32,000 nt of DNA from Nitrosospira multiformis ATCC 25196 (GCF_000196355.1 NC_007614.1:2790001-2822000), one strand, 5' to 3'; shown: positions 1 to 8,778, counted from the first letter of the stretch. The notes: generated by a model not told the origin, from the letters alone. Translations and numbers: made by a program.

Positions 1-2
1 CT

Positions 3-194
3 TACTGCTCCGTCAAATACGAAGAGACAATCTTGCGGCTGAAGTACGAACCGAGACTTTCCTGTCCGGATTGCGGCAAATATATCGTCATCAATCTTCT
101 TGACCTCTACACCATGCTTGAGTCGGTGCAAAAATCGTGTAAGGCGCTCCTCAAAAAATTGACCCCCACGTCAAACGGCAAAAGTCCGCATTAA
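3..194 (+). CDS. C-terminal fragment of a hypothetical protein (runs off the window start), contains a CPDC motif
   Basis: The frame is open from the window edge to TAA at 192-194. The tail reads ...YCSVKYEETILRLKYEPRLSCPDCGKYIVINLLDLYTMLESVQKSCKALLKKLTPTSNGKSPH. No family recognised. Confidence 0.3.
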   Translation, partial: YCSVKYEETILRLKYEPRLSCPDCGKYIVINLLDLYTMLESVQKSCKALLKKLTPTSNGKSPH

Positions 195-392
195 TCTGCA
201 AAGCGAGGCTTCTGCCCGATTTTTGAAGCAAGCTTGACTGTAAAGCAAATACTGCTATGAATAAATCTGGAAATCCGAATGCCCTCCTGTCACTGGAGTA
301 ATGACGGCCCAGAAACGCTTCATGCCCGCTCATGACTTTCATATTCGAAGGCATGCGGGCTTTGTGCGAATTCCAAAAATAAGGAGGTGGTC

Positions 393-1157
393 ATGAAACA
401 GTTGCGAATGATGGGGTTTCTGTCCGCATTGATGGGACTGTGCGGTCTGCTTGTTATTCCCGTTTCACAGGCAGAACCAATGAAGCCTTCCAAGACAATC
501 AAGACGGAGTATCAGTATGCGGCGAAGGTGGCGTGTTCATTGCTGCTGCCACATCAGGACGGAACATTGGCGCGCGGCACTTATCGCACCACGGTCAACA
601 TTCATAACCCGAGCGACAAGAAAATCAGCATTGCCGCCAAGGTGGCGCTTGCCGCACAGTTTGGCTCCGAGCCGGGACCGTTTGATGTAACACCTTTCAA
701 GGAGGCGGTCATTCAGCCGGACGGGGCGGTAGGGGTGAATTGCTTTGATATCGCCAATTACTTTTGCCCGATCGATGGCGTCTGCGTGGATTTCGCCTTT
801 CTTGAAGGATTCCTGGTCGTGAAAAGCCCGGTGCCTCTGGATGTTGTAGGCGTTTATACCGCTCGCCATACTGATGGAGAAGTCGAATCCATCGACGTGG
901 ATGCGGTTGCACCCCACAAGGTTCGTGAGACAGTGAGCATAGGCGCAGCGGAATCCGGGAAGCGGGGAACAGGCAAGCGGGTCGATTATCCGCCGAAAGG
1001 AAGCTCGGCGTATGGGGAGAAGGAACCGAAGCAGATGTGCGGTGGCATAGCTGGCTTCCCCTGCCCCGAGGGCAAAAAGTGTGTGGATGATCCTTCAGAC
1101 AATTGCGATCCGGCACGTGGCGGAGCGGATTGCAGTGGCCTCTGTGTAAAACAATGA
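393..1157 (+). CDS. secreted two-domain hypothetical protein with a C-terminal 6-cysteine module
   Basis: AAGGAGG at 381-387 and ATG at 393; the track start at 387 is a GTG inside the RBS. Signal peptide MKQLRMMGFLSALMGLCGLLVIPVSQA. Central domain YQYAAKVAC...TVNIHNP...LDVVGVYTA. C-terminus CGGIAGFPCPEGKKCVDDPSDNCDPARGGADCSGLC. Confidence 0.8.
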   Translation: MKQLRMMGFLSALMGLCGLLVIPVSQAEPMKPSKTIKTEYQYAAKVACSLLLPHQDGTLARGTYRTTVNIHNPSDKKISIAAKVALAAQFGSEPGPFDVTPFKEAVIQPDGAVGVNCFDIANYFCPIDGVCVDFAFLEGFLVVKSPVPLDVVGVYTARHTDGEVESIDVDAVAPHKVRETVSIGAAESGKRGTGKRVDYPPKGSSAYGEKEPKQMCGGIAGFPCPEGKKCVDDPSDNCDPARGGADCSGLCVKQ

Positions 1158-1190
1158 TTTGAAGTGATCGCGGAAAAGGCGTTTTCCTGG

Positions 1191-1216
1191 CAGGGGCGAA
1201 TGCGAATTCGTCCCTG
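1191..1216. terminator. GC-rich hairpin between convergent genes (possible bidirectional terminator)
   Basis: caggggcgaat-gcga-attcgtccctg forms an 11-bp stem with one G.U pair. It lies between the stop of the 393-1157 gene and the stop of chaB-like. There is no clear U-tract. Confidence 0.3.
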
Positions 1217-1343
1217 TTCAGAGACGGACTGAAATGGGCAAACTATGACTGAATAAACCGTGTTCCCGGAAAAACCGTATCAGTTTGAGTCGCTGTTGGT
1301 GAGTATGCCACCGCTTTATATTAGAGAATCACTGCCCCAGGAT

Positions 1344-1574
1344 TTAGGATTTCTTCTTGCGCCATTCGTCGCCCTCTTTCTCATATTCCTTTTTTACGGC
1401 CGCCCAGGCTACCCTGTGCGCCGTTTCTTCGCGTGAAGCATGGCCCCTGCGCTCATCCGGGTCCTTATACTCATCCCACGCGCTATTGAAAGCGGCTCTG
1501 TATATTTCCTGCGCATGCTTTGGCAGGACATTGGTAACGTTGTCCGGAAGATCTTTCAATGTATCGTATGGCAT
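1344..1574 (-). CDS. ChaB family protein
   Basis: MPYDTLKDLPDNVTNVLPKHAQEIYRAAFNSAWDEYKD...AHRVAWAAVKKEYEK matches the ChaB pattern. AGGAGA sits 6 nt upstream of the ATG at 1574. The 140-aa track ORF (to 1766) would run into the tRNA, so its N-terminal 64 aa are discarded. Confidence 0.8.
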   Translation of the reverse strand: MPYDTLKDLPDNVTNVLPKHAQEIYRAAFNSAWDEYKDPDERRGHASREETAHRVAWAAVKKEYEKEGDEWRKKKS

Positions 1575-1762
1575 GACGCTTCTCCTGAACCTGGGTTGAA
1601 ATAATGGCATCCGGTTTCGGGTGAAACCAGGATACAAATTCAATATAGCAGGCATGCCGGGGGACGCTGCGAGCACTGATTCGCAGATGTCCGCTCGGTT
1701 TGCGGAATGGAACAAGCAGGAGGGGAGATACAAACAAAAAATGGACTGGCGAGAATACCAAC

Positions 1763-1838
1763 CCATTCAGGGTGGTAGCGAATCCCAGATTCGAACTGGG
1801 GACCAACGGATTATGATTCCGCTGCTCTAACCACTGAG
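1763..1838 (-). tRNA. tRNA with CAT anticodon (tRNA-Met, or lysidine-type tRNA-Ile2)
   Basis: Hand-folded 76-nt cloverleaf on the minus strand: GGCGAAT-TA-GCTC-AGTGGTTA-GAGC-A-GCGGA-ATCATAA-TCCGT-TGGTC-CCCAG-TTCGAAT-CTGGG-ATTCGCT-A-CCA. All four stems pair, and T-loop TTCGAAT and an encoded CCA are present. Confidence 0.9.
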
Positions 1839-2057
1839 CTAATTCGCCACGTGTTATATGGAAGGTCTGGCATTATGCCTTCGCGCCACATTCCTGTCAA
1901 GATTCGAAATGGCGTCACCAATCCATCCAATTGATTGATTCAATTATAAAAACAGGGGAAGCGTAGCTGTTGTTCATAAATCCAACGAGGCGGAAAACGG
2001 ACGTTCCGCCTTATCCATGCACCCCCGCGCAAGGGAAAGCGGCTGTATAATGGTTCC

Positions 2058-3227
2058 ATGAAATTCGATGTCGTTATCGTGGGGGGCGGATTGGTTGGGG
2101 CAAGCCTGGCGCTTGCCCTCAAGGATAGCGGCCTGGAAATAGCGCTGGTTGAATTCCGCCCCGTACCGCCACTTCCCGCCGATGAGAGCTGGGACAGCAG
2201 AGTCTACGCCATCAGTCCGGGCAGCGCTGCATTCCTGCAAAACCTGGGAGTGTGGGACGCTCTCGATCAGGAGCGTGTGACTCCTGTTTACAATATGTCA
2301 GTCTTCGGTGACGACAACGCCGCGCGGCTGGATTTCAGCGCCTACAATATCGGTGTCCCCGAACTGGCTTTCATAGTGGAGAACCGCCAGCTCCAGCATG
2401 CCGCCTGGAGAGAGCTCAAATGCCCGGGAAATTCGATCAAGGTTTTTTGTCCCGCGCAATGTTCCATGATGCTCCGGGCCGAGTCTAACGCCGAGCTGCA
2501 TCTCGATGATGGAACTGTCGTGCAGGCGGGGTTGATCGTTGGGGCGGACGGAGGGAATTCCTGGGTACGCGAACAGGCAGGTATTGAAGTATCGCGGCAT
2601 TCCTACCAGCAAATGGGCTTGGTGGCAAACTTCGAGGCAACGCGCCCTCATAATAACGTCGCCCACCAGTGGTTTCGGCGCGATGGCGTGCTGGCGCTGC
2701 TGCCGATGCCCGGGAGGCTGGTGTCCATGGTATGGTCTGCAAGGGAAGAACTCGCGCAAACGATGCTCGCGCTACCTGAAAAGGAACTATGCGAGCGCGT
2801 CGTCCGGGCCTCGCAACATTCCCTGGGCGAGATGCGGCTCGTTACGCGCCCTGCCGCTTTTCCCCTGAATTTTGTACATGTGAAAAAGCTGGCGCAGCCG
2901 CATCTTGCGCTCATCGGCGACGCAGCGCATGGCATCCATCCTCTTGCGGGACAGGGCGTGAATCTCGGTTTACGCGACGCGCAGGAACTCGCCTCTGTCA
3001 TCCGCTCGCGCGGCCTGCAATCGGATTGCGGGGATTACCTGTTGCTGCGCCGCTATGAGCGCGCCCGCAAGGAAGACATCCTGGCCATGGAGCTGGTTAC
3101 CGACGGCTTGCAGAAGCTGTTCAACCACACTCACCCGACGCTCATTCGCCTGCGCAATCTGGGTCTGGAAATCACCAACCGGTTGCCTCTGATAAAAGAC
3201 CGCTTGATGCAGCAGGCATTAAGTTGA
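2058..3227 (+). CDS. UbiH/UbiF/VisC/COQ6-family FAD-dependent ubiquinone biosynthesis hydroxylase
   Basis: N-terminal Rossmann fold MKFDVVIVGGGLVGASLALAL, then GADGGNSWVR and LIGDAAHGIHPLAGQGVNLGLRDA motifs typical of the family. Confidence 0.9.
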   Translation: MKFDVVIVGGGLVGASLALALKDSGLEIALVEFRPVPPLPADESWDSRVYAISPGSAAFLQNLGVWDALDQERVTPVYNMSVFGDDNAARLDFSAYNIGVPELAFIVENRQLQHAAWRELKCPGNSIKVFCPAQCSMMLRAESNAELHLDDGTVVQAGLIVGADGGNSWVREQAGIEVSRHSYQQMGLVANFEATRPHNNVAHQWFRRDGVLALLPMPGRLVSMVWSAREELAQTMLALPEKELCERVVRASQHSLGEMRLVTRPAAFPLNFVHVKKLAQPHLALIGDAAHGIHPLAGQGVNLGLRDAQELASVIRSRGLQSDCGDYLLLRRYERARKEDILAMELVTDGLQKLFNHTHPTLIRLRNLGLEITNRLPLIKDRLMQQALS

Positions 3228-3325
3228 GCCCGGCTGATTCTTTTTCCTTTCCATCCCATCAGAACACCACCTACACAACTACGGGGCCGTCCGGCTGCAT
3301 CCCATCCCAAAACGGAGTAAAGACC

Positions 3326-4045
3326 ATGCGTTCAAAACTCGTTTCCCTCGCTTTGCCTTCTCTATTGCTATGCTTTCTTTCCAGCGCTTCCGCTGACGAG
3401 GCATCCCTGAAAAAAGCGCTTCAGGCAAATTTTCCCGGAGAGAAGGTCGAAAGCATAAAAAAAACCCCCTATCTCGGTCTATACGAAGTGGTGGTGGGAG
3501 GCGAATTGTTCTATACGGACGACAAGGCTTCGTACCTTTTTTTCGGTCATGTAATTGATCCGAAAACGAAGGAAAGCCTGACTTCCGAACGCTTGCAACA
3601 AATCAAGGAGGCTCGGCGCATAGATGTAGGCTCTCTTCCCCTGCAGCATGCGATCAAGGCGGTCAAGGGGAATGGGAAACGCAAACTTGTCGTTTTCTCC
3701 GATCCGAACTGCCCTTTTTGCAAACGTCTGGAAAAGGAACTGGTTAACGTAACGGATGTAACGATATATACCCTGCTTTATCCAGTGCTGAACGGTTCGA
3801 CCCCGACCGCAACGGCGATATGGTGCTCGGAGGACAGGCTCAAGGCCTGGGAAGATTTCATGCTCAGGAATATCATGCCCGCCAGCAAGGATTGCGCCAC
3901 GCCCATAGATGTGATTCTCAAGGCAGGGAAAGAAAACGATATAAGCGGTACCCCTACCCTGATTTTTGCCAATGGCTCGGTAACGCCCGGATTGATTCCT
4001 GCGGAGACGATAGAAAAGAAATTAAACGCGGCTCCTGCGAAATAG
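3326..4045 (+). CDS. dsbC: periplasmic thiol:disulfide interchange protein, DsbC/DsbG family
   Basis: GGAG at 3314-3317 and ATG at 3326. Signal peptide MRSKLVSLALPSLLLCFLSSASA. Thioredoxin-fold active site DPNCPFCKRLE and GTPTLIF near the C-terminus. The track ORF start at 3224 adds 34 non-signal residues and is rejected. Confidence 0.85.
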   Translation: MRSKLVSLALPSLLLCFLSSASADEASLKKALQANFPGEKVESIKKTPYLGLYEVVVGGELFYTDDKASYLFFGHVIDPKTKESLTSERLQQIKEARRIDVGSLPLQHAIKAVKGNGKRKLVVFSDPNCPFCKRLEKELVNVTDVTIYTLLYPVLNGSTPTATAIWCSEDRLKAWEDFMLRNIMPASKDCATPIDVILKAGKENDISGTPTLIFANGSVTPGLIPAETIEKKLNAAPAK

Positions 4046-4057
4046 ATAACTCGGTGA

Positions 4058-4077
4058 CAGGCGCTGGGAAGCGCCTG
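4058..4077. terminator. hairpin between convergent dsbC and mltA
   Basis: caggcgc-tgggaa-gcgcctg forms a perfect 7-bp GC-rich stem in the 51-bp gap between the two stop codons. There is no U-tract on either side. Confidence 0.35.
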
Positions 4078-4096
4078 CATCCTCCTATTCGCGGGT

Positions 4097-5290
4097 TTAT
4101 TTGGAGCTTCCCAGTATTCGCGCGGCGGGTGGAAAGTCTTGGGGCATATATTCCACTGGCATGAGTACCCACATCCTCCCCGTCTGCCTCATCTTCCCTG
4201 CCTTTTCTGCTGCGTCGGGGCCAAATCCCCAGAAAAAATCTGCCCGCACATTCCCTTTGATTGCTCCGCCGGTGTCCTGGGCCACCATCAACCGTTGAAG
4301 CTGCTCGTCGGTATTTGGCCAGGTAGTGGAAAGAAAGACCGGGGCGCCCTGCGGGATCACCCGCGGATCCACCGCAAGGCTTCTTCCAGCCGTAAGAGGC
4401 ACCCCCATGGAGCCGAGCGGCCCCGATATCGTATCCGGCAGTTCGCGGAAAAAGACGAAGCTTGAATTCTGATGCAAAATATTCGGCAGCTTTCGGGGAT
4501 TCTTCTGCCCCCAAGCCTTGATTCCCTGCATAGAGGCCCTTTCCAGGGGTAATTCGCCGCGATCCACCAGCAGTTTCCCGATGGATCTGTAAGGGTGGCC
4601 GTTTTGATCCGCGTACCCCACCCTCACGATCTCGCCATTTTCAAGCTCCACCCGCCCGGACCCCTGAATCTGCAGAAAAAACAGATCTACCTCGTCATCC
4701 ACCCAGAGCAGTTCTTTTCCCTGTAGTGCTGGGGGATTGCTGGATATTTCAGCCCGGCTGTAGAAGGGGACCACCTTGCGCCCTTCGAGTCGTCCCCGCA
4801 ACCGCATGTTTTTGAGCTGGGGGTAGACGGAACTCAAATCCACTATCAGCAATTCTTCAGGGGTTGTGTAAAGCGGATAGCGGTAACGGGCGGAAGGTGT
4901 GCGGCTCCCCTTGAGCAGAGGCTCGTAATAACCGGTGATGAGGCCGTTCTCGGTACCATCAGGATTCAATACCTGATAGGGAACAAAATAGCTTTCAAAA
5001 AACTGGCGCACCGTATCGCTATCTTGTCCTCTCACGGAATCGGCCTGAATGCAGGCTTCCTGCCATAGCGCCTTTTTTTTCAAAACGGTGCAGCTCTGAA
5101 GGAACGCATCCAGTGCCGGCACAATCTCGTCATCCCTCCACCCCTCTACTGTATCCCAGCCGGCGGGTTTGAGCACCGGCTTGGGCTGAGGTTCGGCCGG
5201 TTTCTCCGTGACACGGGGAGTAGGAATGATATTGCAGGCGCCGAGCAACAGTAGCGCGACAACAGTAAGTGTGCGTAATTGGTCTTTCAT
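4097..5290 (-). CDS. mltA: membrane-bound lytic murein transglycosylase A (lipoprotein)
   Basis: Lipobox LLLGAC. MltA-specific motifs GYYEPLLKGSR, FFLQIQGSGRV, FVFFRE, GRSLAVDPRVIPQGAPVFL and AQDTGGAIKGNVRADFFWG. Confidence 0.92.
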   Translation of the reverse strand: MKDQLRTLTVVALLLLGACNIIPTPRVTEKPAEPQPKPVLKPAGWDTVEGWRDDEIVPALDAFLQSCTVLKKKALWQEACIQADSVRGQDSDTVRQFFESYFVPYQVLNPDGTENGLITGYYEPLLKGSRTPSARYRYPLYTTPEELLIVDLSSVYPQLKNMRLRGRLEGRKVVPFYSRAEISSNPPALQGKELLWVDDEVDLFFLQIQGSGRVELENGEIVRVGYADQNGHPYRSIGKLLVDRGELPLERASMQGIKAWGQKNPRKLPNILHQNSSFVFFRELPDTISGPLGSMGVPLTAGRSLAVDPRVIPQGAPVFLSTTWPNTDEQLQRLMVAQDTGGAIKGNVRADFFWGFGPDAAEKAGKMRQTGRMWVLMPVEYMPQDFPPAARILGSSK

Positions 5291-5379
5291 GAAGTTTTGG
5301 GTTAAAGTTTCATCTTGGAAATCTCTGAACGAGCAATCCCGCTCGTGGCGGCATCAGAGGCTTCCCCTTAATATACATC

Positions 5380-5505
5380 ATGGTTGATCCTATGTGGATA
5401 TTACTGCTTGAAGCCGGCGTAGCGCTGTCGCTACTGATTCTCGTCGTCTGGTGGACGACAAGACCCCGAAAGAAGGATGAGAATGAAGACAATAATAAAG
5501 AGTAA
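5380..5505 (+). CDS. possible 41-aa single-pass membrane peptide
   Basis: MVDPMWILLLEAGVALSLLILVVWWTTRPRKKDENEDNNKE has a clean hydrophobic helix followed by a charged tail. It lies in the mltA-gdhA gap. No convincing Shine-Dalgarno. Too short for the ORF track. Confidence 0.25.
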   Translation: MVDPMWILLLEAGVALSLLILVVWWTTRPRKKDENEDNNKE

Positions 5506-5835
5506 AGACTTCAGCATCCCGGGCTGACAGTTGAAAGACGGACGAGAGGAGAACAGGAATATGATAACGAAGAACAAGAACATCTCTGGTCCGGCACGCT
5601 TTGACTTGCCCATTCGCTTTCCTGTAGACATCTCATTGAAATGATTTTTGAAAGCCTGTTGCCGGAAAACAAGACGCTCGATGCTTCGATGTTTCACCTC
5701 TTCCACACGTCCCGCGCATCCAGCTTTCCATCGCGCAATTCCGAACATAAATTCAGTGCGATTCCGCAAGTTATTTGGCAGAATACCTGTCTTGGGAAAA
5801 TGGTTTAGCACAAGAGGACATAAGGGGAATAACCA

Positions 5836-7179
5836 ATGAAATATCGCAGTTTCGAGGAATTCTGCGCGTACGTGGCGGAGCATAATCCGGGACAGCCCGA
5901 ATATCTCCAGGCAGTGACGGAAGTCATGGAGAGCCTCTGGCCCTTTATCACGAAAAACCCTCGTTATGCGGAACACGGCATTCTCGACCGTCTCGTGGAG
6001 CCGGAGCGAATAATCGTTTTTCGTGTGTCCTGGGTGGATGATCGAGGAGAGGTGAAAGTCAACCGGGGCTACCGCATACAGCACAGCTCTTCCATTGGCC
6101 CATATAAGGGTGGCACCCGCTTTCATCCCTCGGTAAACCTTTCCATCCTCAAATTCCTGGCGTTCGAGCAAACGTTCAAGAACGCGCTTACGACACTTCC
6201 CATGGGGGGTGGCAAGGGTGGCGCCGATTTCAACCCCAGGGACCGTAGTCCGGGGGAGATCATGCGCTTCTGTCAGGCTTATATGACTGAGCTGTTCCGT
6301 CATATCGGCTCGGATGTCGATGTGCCGGCAGGCGATATCGGCGTGGGGGGGCGGGAAGTAGGTTTCATGGCAGGGATGATGAAAAAACTTTCCAATCGTG
6401 CTGACTGCGTCTTCACCGGGAAGGGGTTGAGTTTCGGTGGATCCCTCATTCGTCCGGAAGCTACCGGCTACGGTACTGTCTACTTTGCCGAGGAGATGCT
6501 CAAGCAATCCGGACGCTCGCTGGAAGGCATGCGTGTTGCGGTTTCAGGTTCGGGAAACGTGGCGCAATATGCGGTGGAGAAAGCGATGGCCTTGGGTGCC
6601 AAAGTGATAACGGTTTCCGATTCAGACGGCACTGTAGTCGATGAAGAAGGTTTTACTCCCGAAAAGCTCGCTGAACTGATGGATGTGAAAAATAAGCAGT
6701 ATGGCCGTATCAATGCCTACGCAGAGCGTGTGAAAGCCAATTTTATTCCCGGTAAAAGACCGTGGCATGTTCCCGTAGAAGTCGCGCTGCCCTGCGCCAC
6801 GCAGAACGAGCTGAATGAAGAGGATGCTGCCCTGCTTATCAGGAACGGCGTGGTATGCGTGGCAGAAGGCGCCAACATGCCTTCCACCGCCGAGGCGGTA
6901 AAGCAATTCGAGCGCAGCGGGGTTCTTTTTGCGCCGGGCAAGGCCAGCAATGCCGGCGGCGTAGCCACTTCCGGTCTGGAAATGAGCCAGAACGCCATGC
7001 GTCTTTCCTGGCAGCGGGAAGAAGTGGACGCGCGATTGCTCCAGATCATGCAGGCTATCCACCGCTCCTGCACCGAGCACGGGCGGCGGGAAGACGGCAC
7101 TATCAGCTACGTCAACGGAGCGAATGTCGCAGGTTTCGTAAAGGTGGCGGATGCGATGATAGGCCAGGGTGTAATCTAG
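5836..7179 (+). CDS. gdhA: NADP-specific glutamate dehydrogenase
   Basis: Full-length Glu/Leu/Phe/Val dehydrogenase: KGGTRFHPSVNLSILKFLAFEQTFKNALTTLPMGGGKGG, GSGNVAQYA, GANMPST, APGKASNAGGVA. Confidence 0.95.
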   Translation: MKYRSFEEFCAYVAEHNPGQPEYLQAVTEVMESLWPFITKNPRYAEHGILDRLVEPERIIVFRVSWVDDRGEVKVNRGYRIQHSSSIGPYKGGTRFHPSVNLSILKFLAFEQTFKNALTTLPMGGGKGGADFNPRDRSPGEIMRFCQAYMTELFRHIGSDVDVPAGDIGVGGREVGFMAGMMKKLSNRADCVFTGKGLSFGGSLIRPEATGYGTVYFAEEMLKQSGRSLEGMRVAVSGSGNVAQYAVEKAMALGAKVITVSDSDGTVVDEEGFTPEKLAELMDVKNKQYGRINAYAERVKANFIPGKRPWHVPVEVALPCATQNELNEEDAALLIRNGVVCVAEGANMPSTAEAVKQFERSGVLFAPGKASNAGGVATSGLEMSQNAMRLSWQREEVDARLLQIMQAIHRSCTEHGRREDGTISYVNGANVAGFVKVADAMIGQGVI

Positions 7180-7283
7180 AGCCTGATCCAGCAGTCTCCG
7201 GTCCCGGTTCCACCCCTTCCTGTTTCAAGGAGGGGGGAAGAGAAAACAGGATGAGCCCGCGCTGCAACGGGTTTTTTGGGGAG

Positions 7284-8642
7284 TTATCGCACCCATACCG
7301 TTTTTACATTAACGAATTCCCGGATGCCATGATAGGACAGTTCCCTGCCGAATCCGGAATCCTTGGTTCCTCCGAAGGGAAGGCGTGGATCTGACCGGAC
7401 CATGCCATTGATAAAGCTGCAACCCGCCTGAATTCGATGGGCCAGTTCCTCGGCATGGTCGGCATCGCGGCTCCAGATGCTGGAGCCGAGCCCGAAGCGG
7501 GTATCGTTGGCAATGCGAATGGCGTCCTCCTCGTCCGCCGCGCGTATCACCGCCGCAACCGGCCCGAATAATTCCTCATGATAGGCTCTCATCCCGGGTG
7601 TTACGTCATCCAGAATGGACGGGGGATAGAATGCCCCCTCCCCCGGTTCACACCCGAGAACCGCATGCGCGCCCTGTGCAATCGAATCGGTCACTTGCTG
7701 ATGCAGGTTTTCGCGCAGATCGAGCCTTGCCATCGGGCCGATCTGCGTCGCCTCGTCCAGAGGATCGCCCATTTTCAATTCTTTTGTTTTCTTTATGAAC
7801 AACGAACCAAACTCATCGGCAATGTCGGCCACAGGAATAATGCGCTTTGCGGCAATGCATGACTGTCCGCAATTCTGAAAGCGCGACCTAACCGCAAAGG
7901 TGGCGGCGAGTTCCAGGTCCGCATCTTTCAGAACGATAAACGCATCCGACCCGCCGAGTTCCATCACACACTTCTTCAAATGCTGTCCCGCGTGGGAAGC
8001 TATTTCCCGGCCGGCCCGCTCCGAGCCCGTGAGTGTCACAGCATGGACATGCTGGCTGGCGATAGCCTCCCCCACCTCAGACGGCTCTATCATGAGCGTG
8101 CTGAAAAGGTGCGGAGGAAAACCAGCATCCTGGAACAGCCGTTCGAGCGCCAAAGCGCACTGCGGAACATTCGACGCATGTTTCAGCACGCAGCCATTTC
8201 CCGCCATGAGTGTGGGAGCGGCGAAGCGGATCACCTGGAAAAAAGGGAAATTCCAGGGCATCACCCCCAGGACGACTCCAAGAGGCTCATAGGACACGTA
8301 ACTTTTGCAGGCCCCGGTCTGAACCCTCTCGACCTGCATGAAATGCTCGGCGTGCACGGCATAATAATCGCAGGCAAGCGCGCACTTTTCCACCTCCGCG
8401 CGACCTTCGCGCACAGGCTTGCCCATTTCCGCAGCTATAAGAATGGCATATTCAGCCGCCCGTTCATGCAAGAGGCTGGCGGCTCTGTGCATAAGCTCCG
8501 CGCGTCGGGGAAAACCCAGTCGTGCCCAGGCGGGCTGGGCATGATATGTTTGCTCCAGGGCTTCGGCCAAGTGGCGGCGATCCCAGCTCATATAGGTTTT
8601 CAGTGTCTCATTGGTCGCCGGATTCAAACTGATGTATGGCAT
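7284..8642 (-). CDS. NAD(P)-dependent aldehyde dehydrogenase, succinate-semialdehyde dehydrogenase-like
   Basis: Aldehyde dehydrogenase superfamily motifs VTLTGSERAG, catalytic Glu in VMELGGSDA, catalytic Cys in NCGQSCIAAKR, and EELFGPV. Confidence 0.85.
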   Translation of the reverse strand: MPYISLNPATNETLKTYMSWDRRHLAEALEQTYHAQPAWARLGFPRRAELMHRAASLLHERAAEYAILIAAEMGKPVREGRAEVEKCALACDYYAVHAEHFMQVERVQTGACKSYVSYEPLGVVLGVMPWNFPFFQVIRFAAPTLMAGNGCVLKHASNVPQCALALERLFQDAGFPPHLFSTLMIEPSEVGEAIASQHVHAVTLTGSERAGREIASHAGQHLKKCVMELGGSDAFIVLKDADLELAATFAVRSRFQNCGQSCIAAKRIIPVADIADEFGSLFIKKTKELKMGDPLDEATQIGPMARLDLRENLHQQVTDSIAQGAHAVLGCEPGEGAFYPPSILDDVTPGMRAYHEELFGPVAAVIRAADEEDAIRIANDTRFGLGSSIWSRDADHAEELAHRIQAGCSFINGMVRSDPRLPFGGTKDSGFGRELSYHGIREFVNVKTVWVR

Positions 8643-8778
8643 GATGTGCTATTCTTGAAGCAGAACCCGAATGGGGGCGGAAGCTGGTAAAAGGAAGTAA
8701 AGAAAAACGGCTTTCAAGTGAACCTGGAGCAGATACGCTCTTCAATTTTTTCCCTCGATTACTAATGTATAGCAGGTT

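Noticed and set aside
1575-1766. N-terminal 64 codons of the 140-aa ChaB ORF
   Set aside because: The extension would overlap the 3' end of the tRNA gene and has no protein-like character. A well-placed AGGAGA-ATG at 1574 starts exactly at the conserved ChaB N-terminus MPYD.
1899-1912. aagattcgaaatgg resembling the tRNA T-arm segment cagattcgaactgg (possible att repeat)
   Set aside because: The match is only 12/14. It lies on the 5' (upstream) side of the tRNA, whereas island att duplications copy the 3' end and lie downstream. No integrase is present.
3224-3325. Upstream extension of the dsbC ORF (34 codons, overlapping the ubiH-family stop)
   Set aside because: The extension is non-signal-like (SPADSFSFPSHQNTTYTTTGPSG). 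The internal ATG at 3326 has a GGAG RBS and starts a canonical signal peptide.
5561-5644. 27-codon ORF (MITKNKNISGPARFDLPIRFPVDISLK) with an upstream GAGGAG
   Set aside because: It has no hydrophobic or structural character and no way to support it from sequence alone. Probably chance.
5776-5795. TGGCAG-N5-CTGT upstream of gdhA as a sigma-54 promoter
   Set aside because: The -12 element is CTGT rather than TTGC. It fails the GG-N10-GC rule.
5431-6507. 358-aa minus-strand ORF
   Set aside because: It is antisense to the unambiguous gdhA gene and has low-complexity, Arg/His-rich composition with no motifs. This is a typical shadow ORF of a GC-rich gene.
7256-7277. cccg-N8-cggg hairpin with T6 run as the gdhA terminator
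   Set aside because: The stem is only 4-5 bp and abuts the stop codon of the convergent aldehyde dehydrogenase. It is plausible but too weak to list as a feature.
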